A stretch of 64,000 nt of DNA from Lama guanicoe (Eukaryota): positions 5,846,399-5,910,398 of the forward strand of contig MU053934.1 of the NCBI GenBank assembly GCA_013239625.1, given 5' to 3'. The notes below the pieces were generated by a model. It saw only the letters and a program-made list of their open reading frames with translations, was not told where the DNA came from and searched no databases. A program made the position numbers and the translations under genes. This document shows positions 1 to 11,830 of this stretch, piece by piece. Within the stretch, counting starts at the first letter, position 1. Each line of letters starts with the position of its first letter.

Positions 1-136
1 TCCCATTCTATTCTTAGTTTGTTCAGTATTCTTGTCATGAAATGGTGTTGGATTTTTTCTGCATCTATTGAGATGTTCATATGGTTTTTGTCCATTAGTC
101 TATAAATGTGATATACTACATTAGTTGGTTTTCAAA

Positions 137-760
137 TCCCCAAGACCACCTTCAGAATGAATGATTCACAAGGAGGACTCACAGGATTCAGTATGTAATC
201 AGTTACGTTTTATTATAGTGAAAGGGTACAGAGTAAAAACAGCAAAGGGAAATAGCATATGGGGCAAAGTCCAGAGGAAACCAGCACAAGCTTCCAGAGT
301 CCTCTCTCAGTGGAATCAACATAGGACACACCTGAGGGGGAGGGTATAGCTCAAGTGGTACAGCGCATGCTTAGCATACACGAGGTTCTGGGTTCAATCC
401 CCAGTACCTCCAGTAAAAAAATAAATAAATAAAAATAAACCAATTGCCTCCCTCCCTCACAAAAAAGTTAACATAGGACGCACTTAATTCCTCCAACCAT
501 GAGTCCTGACAACACATGAAATGTTGTCTATCATAAAAGCTCATTTGAGATTCAGTGCCCAAGATTTTTAATAGAGGCTGGTCACATAGGCTTCCTTTGC
601 CTACCATGTACCAAAATTCCAGATTCCCAGAAGGAAAATCAGACATTTAGCATAAACCACATTATCTGTACAAACATTGTAGGCACAGTGAGCCAATCTT
701 ACCAGTCCTGAAATCTATGTTCTCAGACGCTAGCCAAGGGCCAGCCTTGCAAGCAGACCT
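137..760. mobile_element. ERVL-type LTR (MER21/MER68/MER77 group), split by SINE
   Basis: Recalled consensus phrases ccccaagaccacc...gactcacagga...agccaagggccagccttgcaagcag. Confidence 0.6.
336..469 (+). mobile_element. tRNA-derived SINE (Vic-1-like) inserted in an LTR
   Basis: GGGGAGGGTATAGCTCAAGTGG A box, GGTTCAATCCC B box, A-rich tail; ~18-bp imperfect TSD 318-335/470-487. Confidence 0.88.
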
Positions 761-940
761 TACTGAGGACCTTTGTGATTACATCAGGCCCACCCAGATA
801 ATCAGGGATGCTCTCCCCATCTCAAGATTCCTAACTTAATCACATCTGCAAAAAGCCCTTTTGTCGTATAAAAACATTCTTAGGTTTTTCGGATTGTGAC
901 AGACAGGTATCTTTGGAGGGGTCATTATTCAGCCTACCAC

Positions 941-1870
941 AACTGGTATTAATTCTTCTTGAAGTGTTTTGTAGAATTCATCAGTGATGCTATCTGGGAC
1001 TGGACTTTTCTTTGTGGGAAAGTTTTTAATTATTAATTTGCTGACTTTACTTGCAATAGGCCTATTCATATTTTCAGTTTCTTCTTGAGTCAGCTTCGAT
1101 ATTTGTGCTTTTCCAGAATTTGCCCACTTTTTTGAATTACTGATTTGTTGGAGTACAGTTATTCAGCGTGTTCTCCTTTTTTTCCTATCTTTTTTCTTCG
1201 GCTTTATTGACGTATAATTGACAAATGAAATTGTATGTATTTAAAGTGTACAACACGATGATTTGACAAATGTATACTTTGTGAAAGACTACCACAATCA
1301 GGTTAATTAACACATCCATCACCCCAGATAGTTAGCCTTTTTGTATGTGTGTGTGGTAAGGATGCTTAAGGTCTGCTCTCTTAGCAAGTTTCAAGTACAT
1401 AGCACGGTATTATTAACTTTGGTTATCATTCTGTGCAAGAGATCTCCAGAGCTTACTCATCCAGGCTTGTACACTTTGACCAGCTTCTCCCCATATGGTA
1501 TCCCCTTGTAATCTTTCTAATTTCTGTAAAGTTGGTAGTTTATGTCCCCTCTTTTATTTCTGATTTTGGTCATTTTAATCTTCTCTCTCTTTTTCTTGGT
1601 CAGCCTAATGAAAAGGTTATCACTTTTGTCGAGCTTTTCAAAGAACCAATTTTGGATCTGGCTGATGTTCTCTATTGTTTTTCGACTCTGGTTCATTTGT
1701 TTCTGCGCTAGTCTTTACTATTTCCTTCCTCCTCCTTGCTTTGGTTTTATTTGCTCTTTTTTTCTAGTTTCTTAAGGTGGAAGTTTAGGTGATTGACTTG
1801 AGATCTTTCTCCTTTTTAAAAATAGGCATTTGCAGTTATAAATTTTGCCCTGAGCACTGCTATTTACATT
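941..1870 (-). mobile_element. Old L1 fragments
   Basis: T-rich antisense L1 phrases (gtagaattcatcagtga, tttcaaagaaccaatttt) and an L1 3'-end motif at ~1200-1500. Confidence 0.7.
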
Positions 1871-1899
1871 CTATGCACTTTGGTCCTTGACAGTTGAGA

Positions 1900-2110
1900 C
1901 GCAATGTTGTGTAGGAGTTAAGGTGACAAGACCTGGAACCCAGACTCCCTGGGTTGAAATTCAGCCCTGCTACTTATTAGCTGCTTGGCTTTAGGCAAAT
2001 GCCTCATCTGTTAAATGATATGATAATAATAGTAAATGCCTCATAGAATTGTTGTAAGGGCTCTAGTTACATTAATATACATAAAGGATGTAGGACAATG
2101 CCCAGAAAAT
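1900..2110 (+). mobile_element. MIR SINE
   Basis: ctgggttgaaattcagccctgctacttattagctg...gcctcatctgt...cctcatagaattgttgtaagg core. Confidence 0.7.
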
Positions 2111-2122
2111 AGAAAGCGCTTA

Positions 2123-2319
2123 GAGGGGAGGATATAGCTCAGTGGTAGAATGCATGCTTAGCATGCACAAGGTCCTGGGTTCAATCCCCAGTACCTAGAC
2201 TAAAATAAATAAACCTAATTACCTCCCCCTTATAAATAAATAGGTAAATAAATAGGTAAATAAATAAAATTGTATAAAAATTTCTAAAAAAATTTTTAAA
2301 TAACAAAAATAAATAGATA
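2123..2319 (+). mobile_element. tRNA-derived SINE (Vic-1-like) with long A-rich tail
   Basis: A/B boxes; TSD aaaatagaaagc(g/a)ctta 2106-2122/2320-2336. Confidence 0.9.
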
Positions 2320-3494
2320 AAAATAGAAAGCACTTAATAAATATAACTAATATTATTTATTCAGCGAATGTTTATTGAATCCCCACCTCTGCAGCAGGCT
2401 CGATTTTCGTCAGAATGATAAACAAGCCTAGGGTACTACTCTCCTGGCATTTATGTTCCAGTTGGGAGAGACAGACAACAAATTAATTAATTAGGGAAAA
2501 GTGCTATATTGAGGAAAAAACAGGGTGATGTGCTAGAGATAGGCTGAAGGACTCTAGACTGGGAGAGGTGGGTTAGGGAAAGCCATATCTAAATGAAATC
2601 TACCAGGGACAGAACATGCCAAGCTGAGGGGAGGGCTCACATAGAAGAAGTCCCACAGTAGGAACAGGAGTGGAGTATGTGAGACCCTCAGGAAGGCTGG
2701 AGACAGGAGAGGAGGAGCGTAGTGTCAGGGGGAGTCTGGGACTTTTAAAGGGCTTCGTGGGATTCCAGAGACCGGCTCTTCCATAATTTTCAAACATTCT
2801 CCTATTGATGGTTGTTTCCCAATTTCTCACTGTTACAACAATGGCAGCCCACCCGGTACCTCTTTGTGCACTCGTGGGAGTCTCTCCTTAAGATAGATTC
2901 CTAGAGGTGGAGTTGTTGAGTTGCATTACTTTTTAATTGGAAACAAGGTTATTAAAAAAATAAATAAATGAGGGACCATACAATGGGGAAGGGACAGACT
3001 AGAGGCACCAAAGGCACATTCTGGAAGACTCTCGTGCTAAGTTAAGCCTTCAGGCATCAAGGAGCAACTAACTAATAAATAAGAATTATCATTTATTAAG
3101 AGCTTACCATGTACCTGGCACTCTGCTTCCTTGCTTACAAACTTATTCTTCATCCTCATAAAAATACTCTGCTGTAGTAATATTGGTATCCATCATTTTA
3201 TAGCCAAGGAAACTGAAACAAAGTTAAAATTGCGAACAGAAGTCATACGACTGATAAGTCAGGTAGTCTGGAATTGAACCTAGGAATCTTGACTCCACTT
3301 TTAAGGTTAAGCACTATATCTGGGGGTTGAAGAGGAATGGGTCAAAGGCAGACCAAGAACACAGATCTTCTTCCTATGTGAGAACAGCTCTGAGAGTTTA
3401 GAAAGAAATAATTGGTTAAAAAAAAAAGTAAAAAGAAAAGAAAGAACTGGTTACCATTCATGGTGCCTTGAATCTATACACACACACGTATCCT

Positions 3495-5460
3495 GTTCTT
3501 TGCCTTATAATTAACATCCTCTCTCCATGTTTCCCTTTGGACTATAACTAAATGGGCACCCGGTCACCCAGAATAAAGGTAACATCTCTCGCCCTCCTTG
3601 CACTAGATGCGGCCAAATGTCTAAACCCTTGCTGGTGGGATATAAGTTGAAGTGTTATAAGTACGGCAGCTTCTAGGAACAGAAAATGCCACTATTGGTG
3701 CACCCTTTACCTGCTTTTTCATCTTTCGCCCAACTTCTGCCCAGTCTGCAGATACTGACTTGGTGCCTGAGGCTGAAGGCCACCCACCAGCAATGCAGGG
3801 TGATCCAGGGAGCTGGGAGCAGCTGAGCAGGGAATTTAGGGGAGTGGAGCTTTTATTCCTGCCCTGGGCTGCATGCATCTGATATTTTCTGTTCTAGCCT
3901 ACCTATTAAAAAGAAAATGGGTTACAGCTATTTGACTTCACACCACACTCGTGGGTCACAAGTGCCGGCCGCCCGTGGAAGGCAATTTCCAAACAAGCAG
4001 TGCGGGAAGGCTGGAGAACTGGTAGGGAAAATGCAGTCTTCGCGTGGGTGGGGTGCTATTTGCTGCTTCCAAGAGTCCTCTGAGGGCAGGGCACAGACTG
4101 AAGTGCTCCAGTCTTCAGCAGAGGTAGAAAGGAATGTACTCTGCTGGTCGGCCCACAATCCAAATTGTCCAAGAGTTCCAGAACACGGGGACTGTCCGGA
4201 CTGAAAGAAGCCACCTGCTCGGTATTTCAAATCTAAGCAATTTTGAAGAGTGGCTTAGGGGCAGTATTAAGAGATAAGACTAACTTTCCCCCAGAGGCCA
4301 TGAGCCTGAAGGCAAAAATGGGATTAAGGAATTTGCCTTCCCATCTTGTTTTAGAGGGACTGAAGGTGGCTGCATTTGGCTCAGCACAGAGGCTCCTTTG
4401 TAGAAAACCAGAGTATCTGGGCCCAAAAATTATGTCTAGGTGGGATCTTTGGCTGTGGTCATTCACACGTGAAGCAAACAGTGTGGAAGGCTGCTAAGTG
4501 TTTGGAAAGATTAAACAGTCAAACAGTAGTCCCCTCTTATCTGCGGAGGATATGTTCCAAGACCCCCCAGTGGATGCCTGAAACCACGGATGGCACTCAA
4601 CCCTATATATACACATCTACTGTTTTTTTCCCAGTATCACTACTCTGGTGCTTTGGAACCATTATTAAGTAAAATAAGGGTTACTTGAACACAAGCACTG
4701 AGATACTGCAATGGTGGAGCCTATAACCAAGAGGGTTACTAAATCCCTAAGGGGTGGGAAGTGTATACAGTGTGGAGACACTGGACAAACGGATAATTCA
4801 CGTCCCTGGTGGGACAAAAGTAGATGGGGCAAGATTTCATCACACTACTCAGAACAGTGCACAATTTAAAACTTGTGAATTGTTTATTTCTGGAATTTTA
4901 CGCTTAATACTTTCGAACTGCATTTGACCTTGGGTAACTGAAACTACAGAAAGTGAACGTGAAAATGAAACCGTGGACAATGGGGGGACTACTGTATTAC
5001 CAAAGAAACCACCAACTTGGTCTGAAGAAATCTGGGACTACTCAACTCCTGAAGCCATTCCCAGGCTTCAAACCTGCACCAGCAGGAAGCTGGCGCTGAA
5101 AACTGTGCAGACGGCAGAGCTAGGGGTTATCGGACAGGTGCGCCAGGAACCAGTCTACTCCTGGGGGAGGGACTCTGCTCTGTTCCTGGTCAGAGGACCA
5201 GAGGACGTTATCCACTGCAGTGAACCAGCATCTGCTGTGTGTTCCACATCCTCTCATTTTTAGAACAGTCATTTTTATTGTGATTATCTTGTTCCTCCTC
5301 CACTAGTATATGTTTAAGACAGTTTGTCTTTTAGCTTATAGGTCACACCTATATCTGGACCCAATGGATAGGTTATGGACTTTGAGCTGGACACAATGGG
5401 ATTTGGGGGTTTTCTCTACTGGGGAGCAAGTGAGTGTGTTTGATAAGTGGGAAGAATATT
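3495..5460 (+). mobile_element. Degraded MaLR (MLT1-type LTR plus internal-region remnants)
   Basis: MLT1-like LTR phrases ~3500-3900; int-like phrases (atggactttgagctgga...) ~4250-5460; boundaries approximate. Confidence 0.4.
4524..4994. mobile_element. MER44/Tigger7-type non-autonomous DNA transposon
   Basis: TIRs CAGTAGTCCCC...GGGGACTACTG followed by TA. Confidence 0.85.
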
Positions 5461-5559
5461 TATAGGGTGACCATTTATCATCCAAACAAGGACACTTTAA
5501 AAATATTTATTTTTTAATATTGTTTATTCGTGTTAGTGTAATTATTACAGGCATGTTTA

Positions 5560-6720
5560 TTTAAATAGCGTTATTTAGGTATAATTGATACACAAAAAAA
5601 CTGCATGTATTTAAAGTGTGCACATTGAAAAGTTTGGACATACGGCTATACCTGTATAATATCCATGAAAACTGTCACCACAGTCAAGATAATGAAAACA
5701 TCTCACCTCTTCAGCAAAGCTTCCTTGTACTCCTTAGTGATCCTTCTCTCCTAACCCTCCTTGTACCGCCCCCACCACCAGGCAGCCACCAATCTACTTC
5801 TGTCACTGTGCATTAATTAGTCTGCATTTTCTACAATGTATATAAATTCAATATAAATTTATATATAAATATAGCATATACTATTTTATCTGCCTCCTTT
5901 CACTCAACACAATTATTTTGAGATTCATCTATGTTGTGGTATGTATTGTCAATTTATTCCTTTTTCTTGCTGAGTAGTATTCCATCGTATGGATACACCA
6001 CCCTTTGTTTATCCATTAACCTCTTTATGTACATTTGGGTTGTTTCCAGTTTGGGGCTGTTACAAATAAAGCTGCTCTGAACAGCCAGTATTTATATGGA
6101 CATATATGCTTTCTTTTCTCTTGGGTAAATACCTTAAGCTTTTTTTTCCCACTTTTTAAAAATTGTGGTAAAATATACATAACACAAAATTTATCACTTT
6201 AACAATTTTTAAGTGTTCAGTGGCATTAACTACGTTCACATTTTTGTACTACCATCACCCTTTCCATTTCCAGAACTTTTTCATCATTCCAAATAGAAAC
6301 TCCTGTGCCTATTAAACAGTAACTCCCACGTCTCCCAACCCCAGCCCTTGTAGCTGCTTTCTGTCTTTATGAATTTGCCTATTCTATGTAGCTCATATAA
6401 AAGGAATTATATAGTATTCGTCCTTTAGTGTCTGGCTTCTTTCACTGAGCATGTTTTCAAAGTCCATCCATGTTCTAGCGTGTACTGGTATTTCATTCTC
6501 TTAGTGGCTGAATAATACTCCATTGCATGTATATGCCACATTTTGTTTATCCATCTGTTGATGGACACTTGGTTGTTTCCACCTTTTGGCAATTATGGAT
6601 AACACTGCTATGAATGTGGTATACACGTATCTATTGAGTCCCTGCTTTCAATCCTTTGCAATATAAACCTAGAAGTAGAATTGCTGGATCATATGATAAT
6701 TTTATGTGTAATTTTTGGAG
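5560..6720 (-). mobile_element. Two old L1 3'-end fragments (L1M-type)
   Basis: gctgagtagtattccat, tttatccat, gggttgtttccagttt, gaattgctggatcatatg motifs. Confidence 0.8.
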
Positions 6721-6833
6721 CAGAACCAAACGTTTCCCTTTTTTTTCAGTTGTGAGTTAAAAGGAATTCTGTTAATTGCTCTATGTGATAACAGTGTAAA
6801 CCATGACTCTCCCATGTGAACTGGATGGATGGT

Positions 6834-7310
6834 TTTAACTGAGCAGGACCCTGTGGGGCCTTCCAGGGACAGACCCCTCCCCCATATCCTCTGCTGTAGC
6901 TCCTCCCTGAGGTACCCAGATAATAGTACCTCATGTATATTTCCTGAGTTTTTCAGATGCTTAAAACCACCACCAAAGGGAAGAAATTAACTACTTGATG
7001 ATGGAGAGCATGTGGTCCCCAGACCTTCTGGCGCCCAGGGGTTGATAGTGTTGACCTCCTCCTGTTCCCTCAACATTAACCAACAGATAATTCTGCATGA
7101 GCTGATCATATGCCCTGTGGACCACCCCTCACCCCAACCTGGACTTTAAATACCCTTTGCTGAAACCCTTCAGGGAGTCTGGGGTTTTCTTGGGCGTGAG
7201 CCACCCCATCCTCCTTGCTCGGCCCTGCAATAAACTTTCTCTGCTCCAAACTCCAATGATTCAGTCTGGCCTCATGGTGCAGTGGACACACCAACTTGCC
7301 TTCAGCAACA
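6834..7310 (+). mobile_element. Solo ERV LTR (ERV1-like, 477 bp)
   Basis: Ends ...AACA; 4-bp TSD TGGT (6830-33/7311-14); TATA-like TTTAAATA 7145; AATAAA 7229. Confidence 0.78.
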
Positions 7311-8604
7311 TGGTCATCTTCTGTATACATCCTTTGTATATACGTCTTTTGTATACATCTTCATATACGGGCAGAATGTGGCAGAGAAGATGGTTTCCCA
7401 GTATATGTTCTCTACTTGGTCTATAAAATTTAGATGTGCATGTGGCCACTCAGGATGAAATCCATACTTCCAAGGCTGCCTGGTGGCAGCAATGTAACCA
7501 AGTTCTGGCCAATGGGATATGTAATGACAGCTGCAGCTTCTGGGGAGGGTCCTTACAGGGGCCTCCTGCTTCCATTTCTTCCTCTGCTTACTGGAATGGA
7601 AATATTATGGCTGCTAATCTCGGAAGCAAGACAACCAGGAAAGGAAGATGCACGGGGCAGAGCGAGGGGGCAGAAGGCGGCTGGGTCTCCGATAGCAGCC
7701 TCTGACCACCTACCTCTGGACTTTTACTGGAGAGAAAAATAAACTCTTATTTTGTTTGTTTTGCAGTTTTCTAATCCTAATTCTTACAGGTACTCTCGGT
7801 ATCTAGTCACTGATAATTTTAATACTCGAAAAGGGCTAGTTACATGTTACTGACCTTGCAGTAAGTCTGTGGAAATCCAGACTAGTCTTTGACTTTCTTT
7901 GCTTTGTTCAGTGCTACATGATTTTGAGCTCCCTTACCCATCACACCTCCTCCTTGCCTTTCCTCCTTGGCCTTTGCTTCCCCTTCCATGGTAAACAAAG
8001 CCCCAGCCTGGACACTCACCACCAGCAGCTTGCTTTCACTGGCACCTGCAGGACCTGGCTGTGTCCCAGCAGCCACAAGAGCAGAGGCTCCTCCTGGTTC
8101 CTTCACCTCCTCTGGCTGGGGGCTCTAACTCCACAGCCTCCAGCTACTTCTTCACCATTATTCCGAGTCTCCTCGTGTCCTCTCCTGTCACTCTATCCAC
8201 TCCTGTTATTCCTCGAAACTCAGCAACTGGCCCCCAGGCAGGGGCAGGCAGTGGAAGGCAAAGGGGCCGGAGAGCTATTGGTGCTTGTGATTGACCGTGG
8301 GGGCCAGTCAAAACCCTCACTGCGGTCCCGAGGGTTTCAGCACCTCTGAAATCTTAGTCTCTAACATCCCCACTGGCTGTCCCACACTCCCACTCCCCCT
8401 GCCTTCTAGAAGCATTCAGCCCCCCTCCCATTTCTTCCACTTGAATCTTTCTCCTTGCTCTCAGCCTCACCTTAGTCAAGCTGCTTCTCCTCCTGGGCTA
8501 GGGCCCACAGTCACTCTCTTGAACTGCTCATCATCTCTCCAGCCTCACCAGCATCTTTGACACTGCCGTGCTCCCACTCGCCCCCCCCATCCCCTCCTCT
8601 AACG

Positions 8605-8778
8605 CAAGAGTCAGCAAACTTTCTGTAAAGGACAAGATAGCAAATATTTTAGGCTTTGCTGGCCTTTCTTCCTTGTAGCAAGAAATCGGCTGTAGACAAT
8701 AGGTAAATGAATGGGTGGGGCTGTGTTCCAACAAAATTTTATTTACAAGTGCAAGCAGCTGTGGTTTGCTGACCCCTC
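8605..8778. mobile_element. MER58-type hAT/Charlie MITE
   Basis: TIRs caagagtcagcaaac/gtttgctgacccct; 8-bp TSD ctctaacg/ctctaagg. Confidence 0.85.
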
Positions 8779-9089
8779 CTCTAAGGCATTGTTCTGCCAG
8801 GCACTCCTCATTCCTTTCTGGATTTTTAATTTTTTTCTCTACACCAATTTCTTCTCCAATGTTCTACGAAGATGTCCAAGTATCTATCTGCCTGTTAATG
8901 GGAAAATAGCTGACAGGGAAGAGAGGATGTGTCAAGGACGGGGAAATAGAACAGTTTGGGGCTGAACTTAAAGGAGCAAGAGACTGAAAGTGATTTTAAT
9001 GAACAGCCATCAAGAGCAAGTCCTTGTAATGATCATATCTAAAATGTTAAAAAAAAAAAAAGAATCTAGCCCCTTTTACTAAATGGAGT

Positions 9090-10060
9090 TGCTGCTAGGG
9101 ACACACCAAAGAGAAGCTGGATCACTTAAGATTAGGTCTGGCTGGCAGAAATGGGAAAATCCAAAATAACAATGTCTCAGACAAGTTAAGAGTTTTTATT
9201 TCTGTAAATAAAAACCGAGAGACACCATGGAAAGAATGGTTCTCCGCAATGACAAGGACCCATTTGCTGTGCCATTTGCACCATTCACTTCCAAGAGAAC
9301 CTCATAGTACTAGATGGTTGCTTGAGTTCCAGCCACCTTCTCTGTCTTCTAGCTAGCAGGCAGAAAGAAAAGGTAAAGAGGTGAGCACATTCCCTCTATG
9401 GTAGGCAGCCTCTATCATGGCTCCCAGTTACCCCTGCCTCCCAGTAGTCACATCTTTGTATAACCTCCCTCTTCCTGAGAGTGGGCTGGACTCATTCATT
9501 CACTTCTAAGGAAAATTTGGTAGAATGTTAGTTTTAAGATCAGTTCATGAAAAGATAGTGGTTCTCTCTTGGGGGATTTCTTTCTTTCTCATGGATGGCT
9601 CACTCTGGGGCAATCCAGCTGCCATGTTGTGAGGCCGTCCTATGCAGAGCTTCATTTGAGTTAATTTGGAAATGGACCTTTTGAGGCCTGCTGATAGCCA
9701 GATGCAAATCCCACCAACGCCCCTGGTAGAGTCTTGAGATGATGGCAGCCCCATCTGATACCTTGATTGTAGTCTCTGAGAAAGAACCACCCAGCCAAGT
9801 CACTCCTTGATCCCCAACCTACAGAAACTTCAACAGACAAATGTTTCTTGTTTCCAGGTACTCAGCTTTGGAGTAATTTTTAATGCAGCAATCCATCATT
9901 AAAACATTCCCCTTTAGCACATGTTCCCAGAACCTTCCTTCATCAATTATATCTACAATTGACTGGTCAGAACTTACTCCAGGACCACACCTAGTTGCAA
10001 GTGGTGCTGGGAAATATAGTTTTTATGAGGAGGGTGGCAAATGCCTAACGAAAAATTGAG
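9090..10060. mobile_element. MLT1-type LTR (~9398-9905) nested in an older MLT1-type LTR
   Basis: tggtaggcagcc...cagccccatctgataccttgattgtagtctctgaga...; flanks resume an antisense MLT1. Confidence 0.6.
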
Positions 10061-10594
10061 AGGTTTAAGGAAAGAAGGGATACTGAGAGCTGCTTGCAGT
10101 CTCTTCCAAACCCTAGAACAGTGACTGTGATCAGAGATATGGCTGTGGGTGATTAGCTTAAACCTAAAATTTGGAGCCAATCATTGGCAGGAGGAATGAG
10201 CTTGCCCTGTTGGCTCAAATTACACAGGATCAGCTGCTGGAGCTGGGAGTCCGGTCAGGTTCAAGATTTTCAGGGGCTGAATGAGGAAGGGGCAAATAGC
10301 TGAACAAAACTCAGGTTCCGGTAGGAAGAAGGAGGAATCCCTGCATGCTGGGAAGTCTACAGTAGTGTCCTTCCAGACAATCTAAGGGACTGACAATTGA
10401 TTGTCTTTCTTCTCACTTTTCACAGTCTCCATATGAGACAGAGACAACAGACTCTGCTGTCCAACAACTCCAGACTCATGTTATCCAGTCCAGACTGCAC
10501 TGTGAGCCTGAGACCTACATATCCAACTGTCCTCTGTCAGCAGTGCCTGGTCCTCCACAGGTCCCTCTGTCCCATGGGCTTCATCACATAGGTG

Positions 10595-11830
10595 TGAGGT
10601 CACTAGGACCACCATAACAAAATCCCACTGGCTTGGTGGCATAAACAGCAGAAATTTATTTTCTCAGTTCTGGAGTCTAGAAGTCCAAGATCAAGGTGTT
10701 GGCAGGTTGGTTTCTGCCGAGACCTCTCTCCTTGGCTTGTAGATGGCCATTCTGAACTGTTTCTGCAATGCCACATGTGTGGATTTTTTTCTACACCAAC
10801 AACCAATTCTCCAACTCTCGAGACAGCAGCCGGATGTCCAAGGATTCGATCGATTCTGACTTGAACTTCAGAGTCATCACCAGGCCCCACAGGTAAGGGC
10901 TCATTCTTGTAAGACTGTCTGCCACTTCAGGCACCAATCACAATTCCCAGGTCTCCCATACTTCTGACAAGGACTATAAATTAGGGGTTCTCATGACCCT
11001 CTCTTCAGGTTCAATTATTTGTTACAATGGCTCACTCAGGAAGAAGTTTACTTGCTATCCTCTTTGTTATAAAGGATCCAACTCAGGAACAGGCGAATGG
11101 AGGAGATGCATATGGATGTGGGATATCGGGGGAGGGGGTGCTAAACCTCCCGTGCCCTCTGCTGCCCTCCCAGCACCTGATGTGTTCACCAACCCGGAAG
11201 CTCTACAACCTGGTCATTTAGGGGCTTTGCGGTGACTGCATTACGGAGGACGGTTGAGCAAATCGGTGGCCTTTGGTGATCAACTCAACCTCCAGCCCCT
11301 CCCTTTTCCCCCAGAAGTGAGCAGGGAAAGATGGAGTTGAAAGTTCCAACTTCCTAATCACATGGCTGGCTCCTCTGGTGAGGGACCCCACCCTCACCCC
11401 TGCCCTATCCTGAAGCTATCCAGGGGACCCACCGAGTCACCTCATTAACATAAAATCAGACATGACTGAAAGGGACTTATGAATCACATTCCTCTCACGC
11501 TTACCACTCAAAAAATTACAAGGGGAGGGAGGGTATAGCTCAAGCGGTAGAATGCGTGCTTAGTATGCACAAAGTCCTGGGTTCAACCCCCAGCACCTCC
11601 TTTGAAGATTAATAAGTAAATAAACCTAATTACCTCCCCCCCTAAAAAATTACAAGGGTTTTAGGAATTTTATGCCATGAACTGGAGACAATTCTTTTAT
11701 TTCTTATATCACAATATCAACGGCTTCATTTTAACTTAATCACCTCTTTAAGGATCTTATCTCTAAGCTACATTCTGAGATACTGGGTACTGGGACTTTA
11801 GGAATGTGGGGGGAACACGACCTCATAACG
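10595..11830. mobile_element. MLT1 LTR interrupted by MER21-like LTR (~10753-11720), itself interrupted by SINE
   Basis: MLT1 phrases before 10752 and after 11720; MER21-like interior. Confidence 0.65.
11525..11644 (+). mobile_element. tRNA-derived SINE (Vic-1-like)
   Basis: A/B boxes; perfect TSD aaaaattacaaggg 11511-11524/11645-11658. Confidence 0.9.

Noticed and set aside
336..410. tRNA-like sequences (also at the nine other SINE copies)
   Set aside because: SINE heads with A-rich tails, TSDs and divergent stems, not tRNA genes
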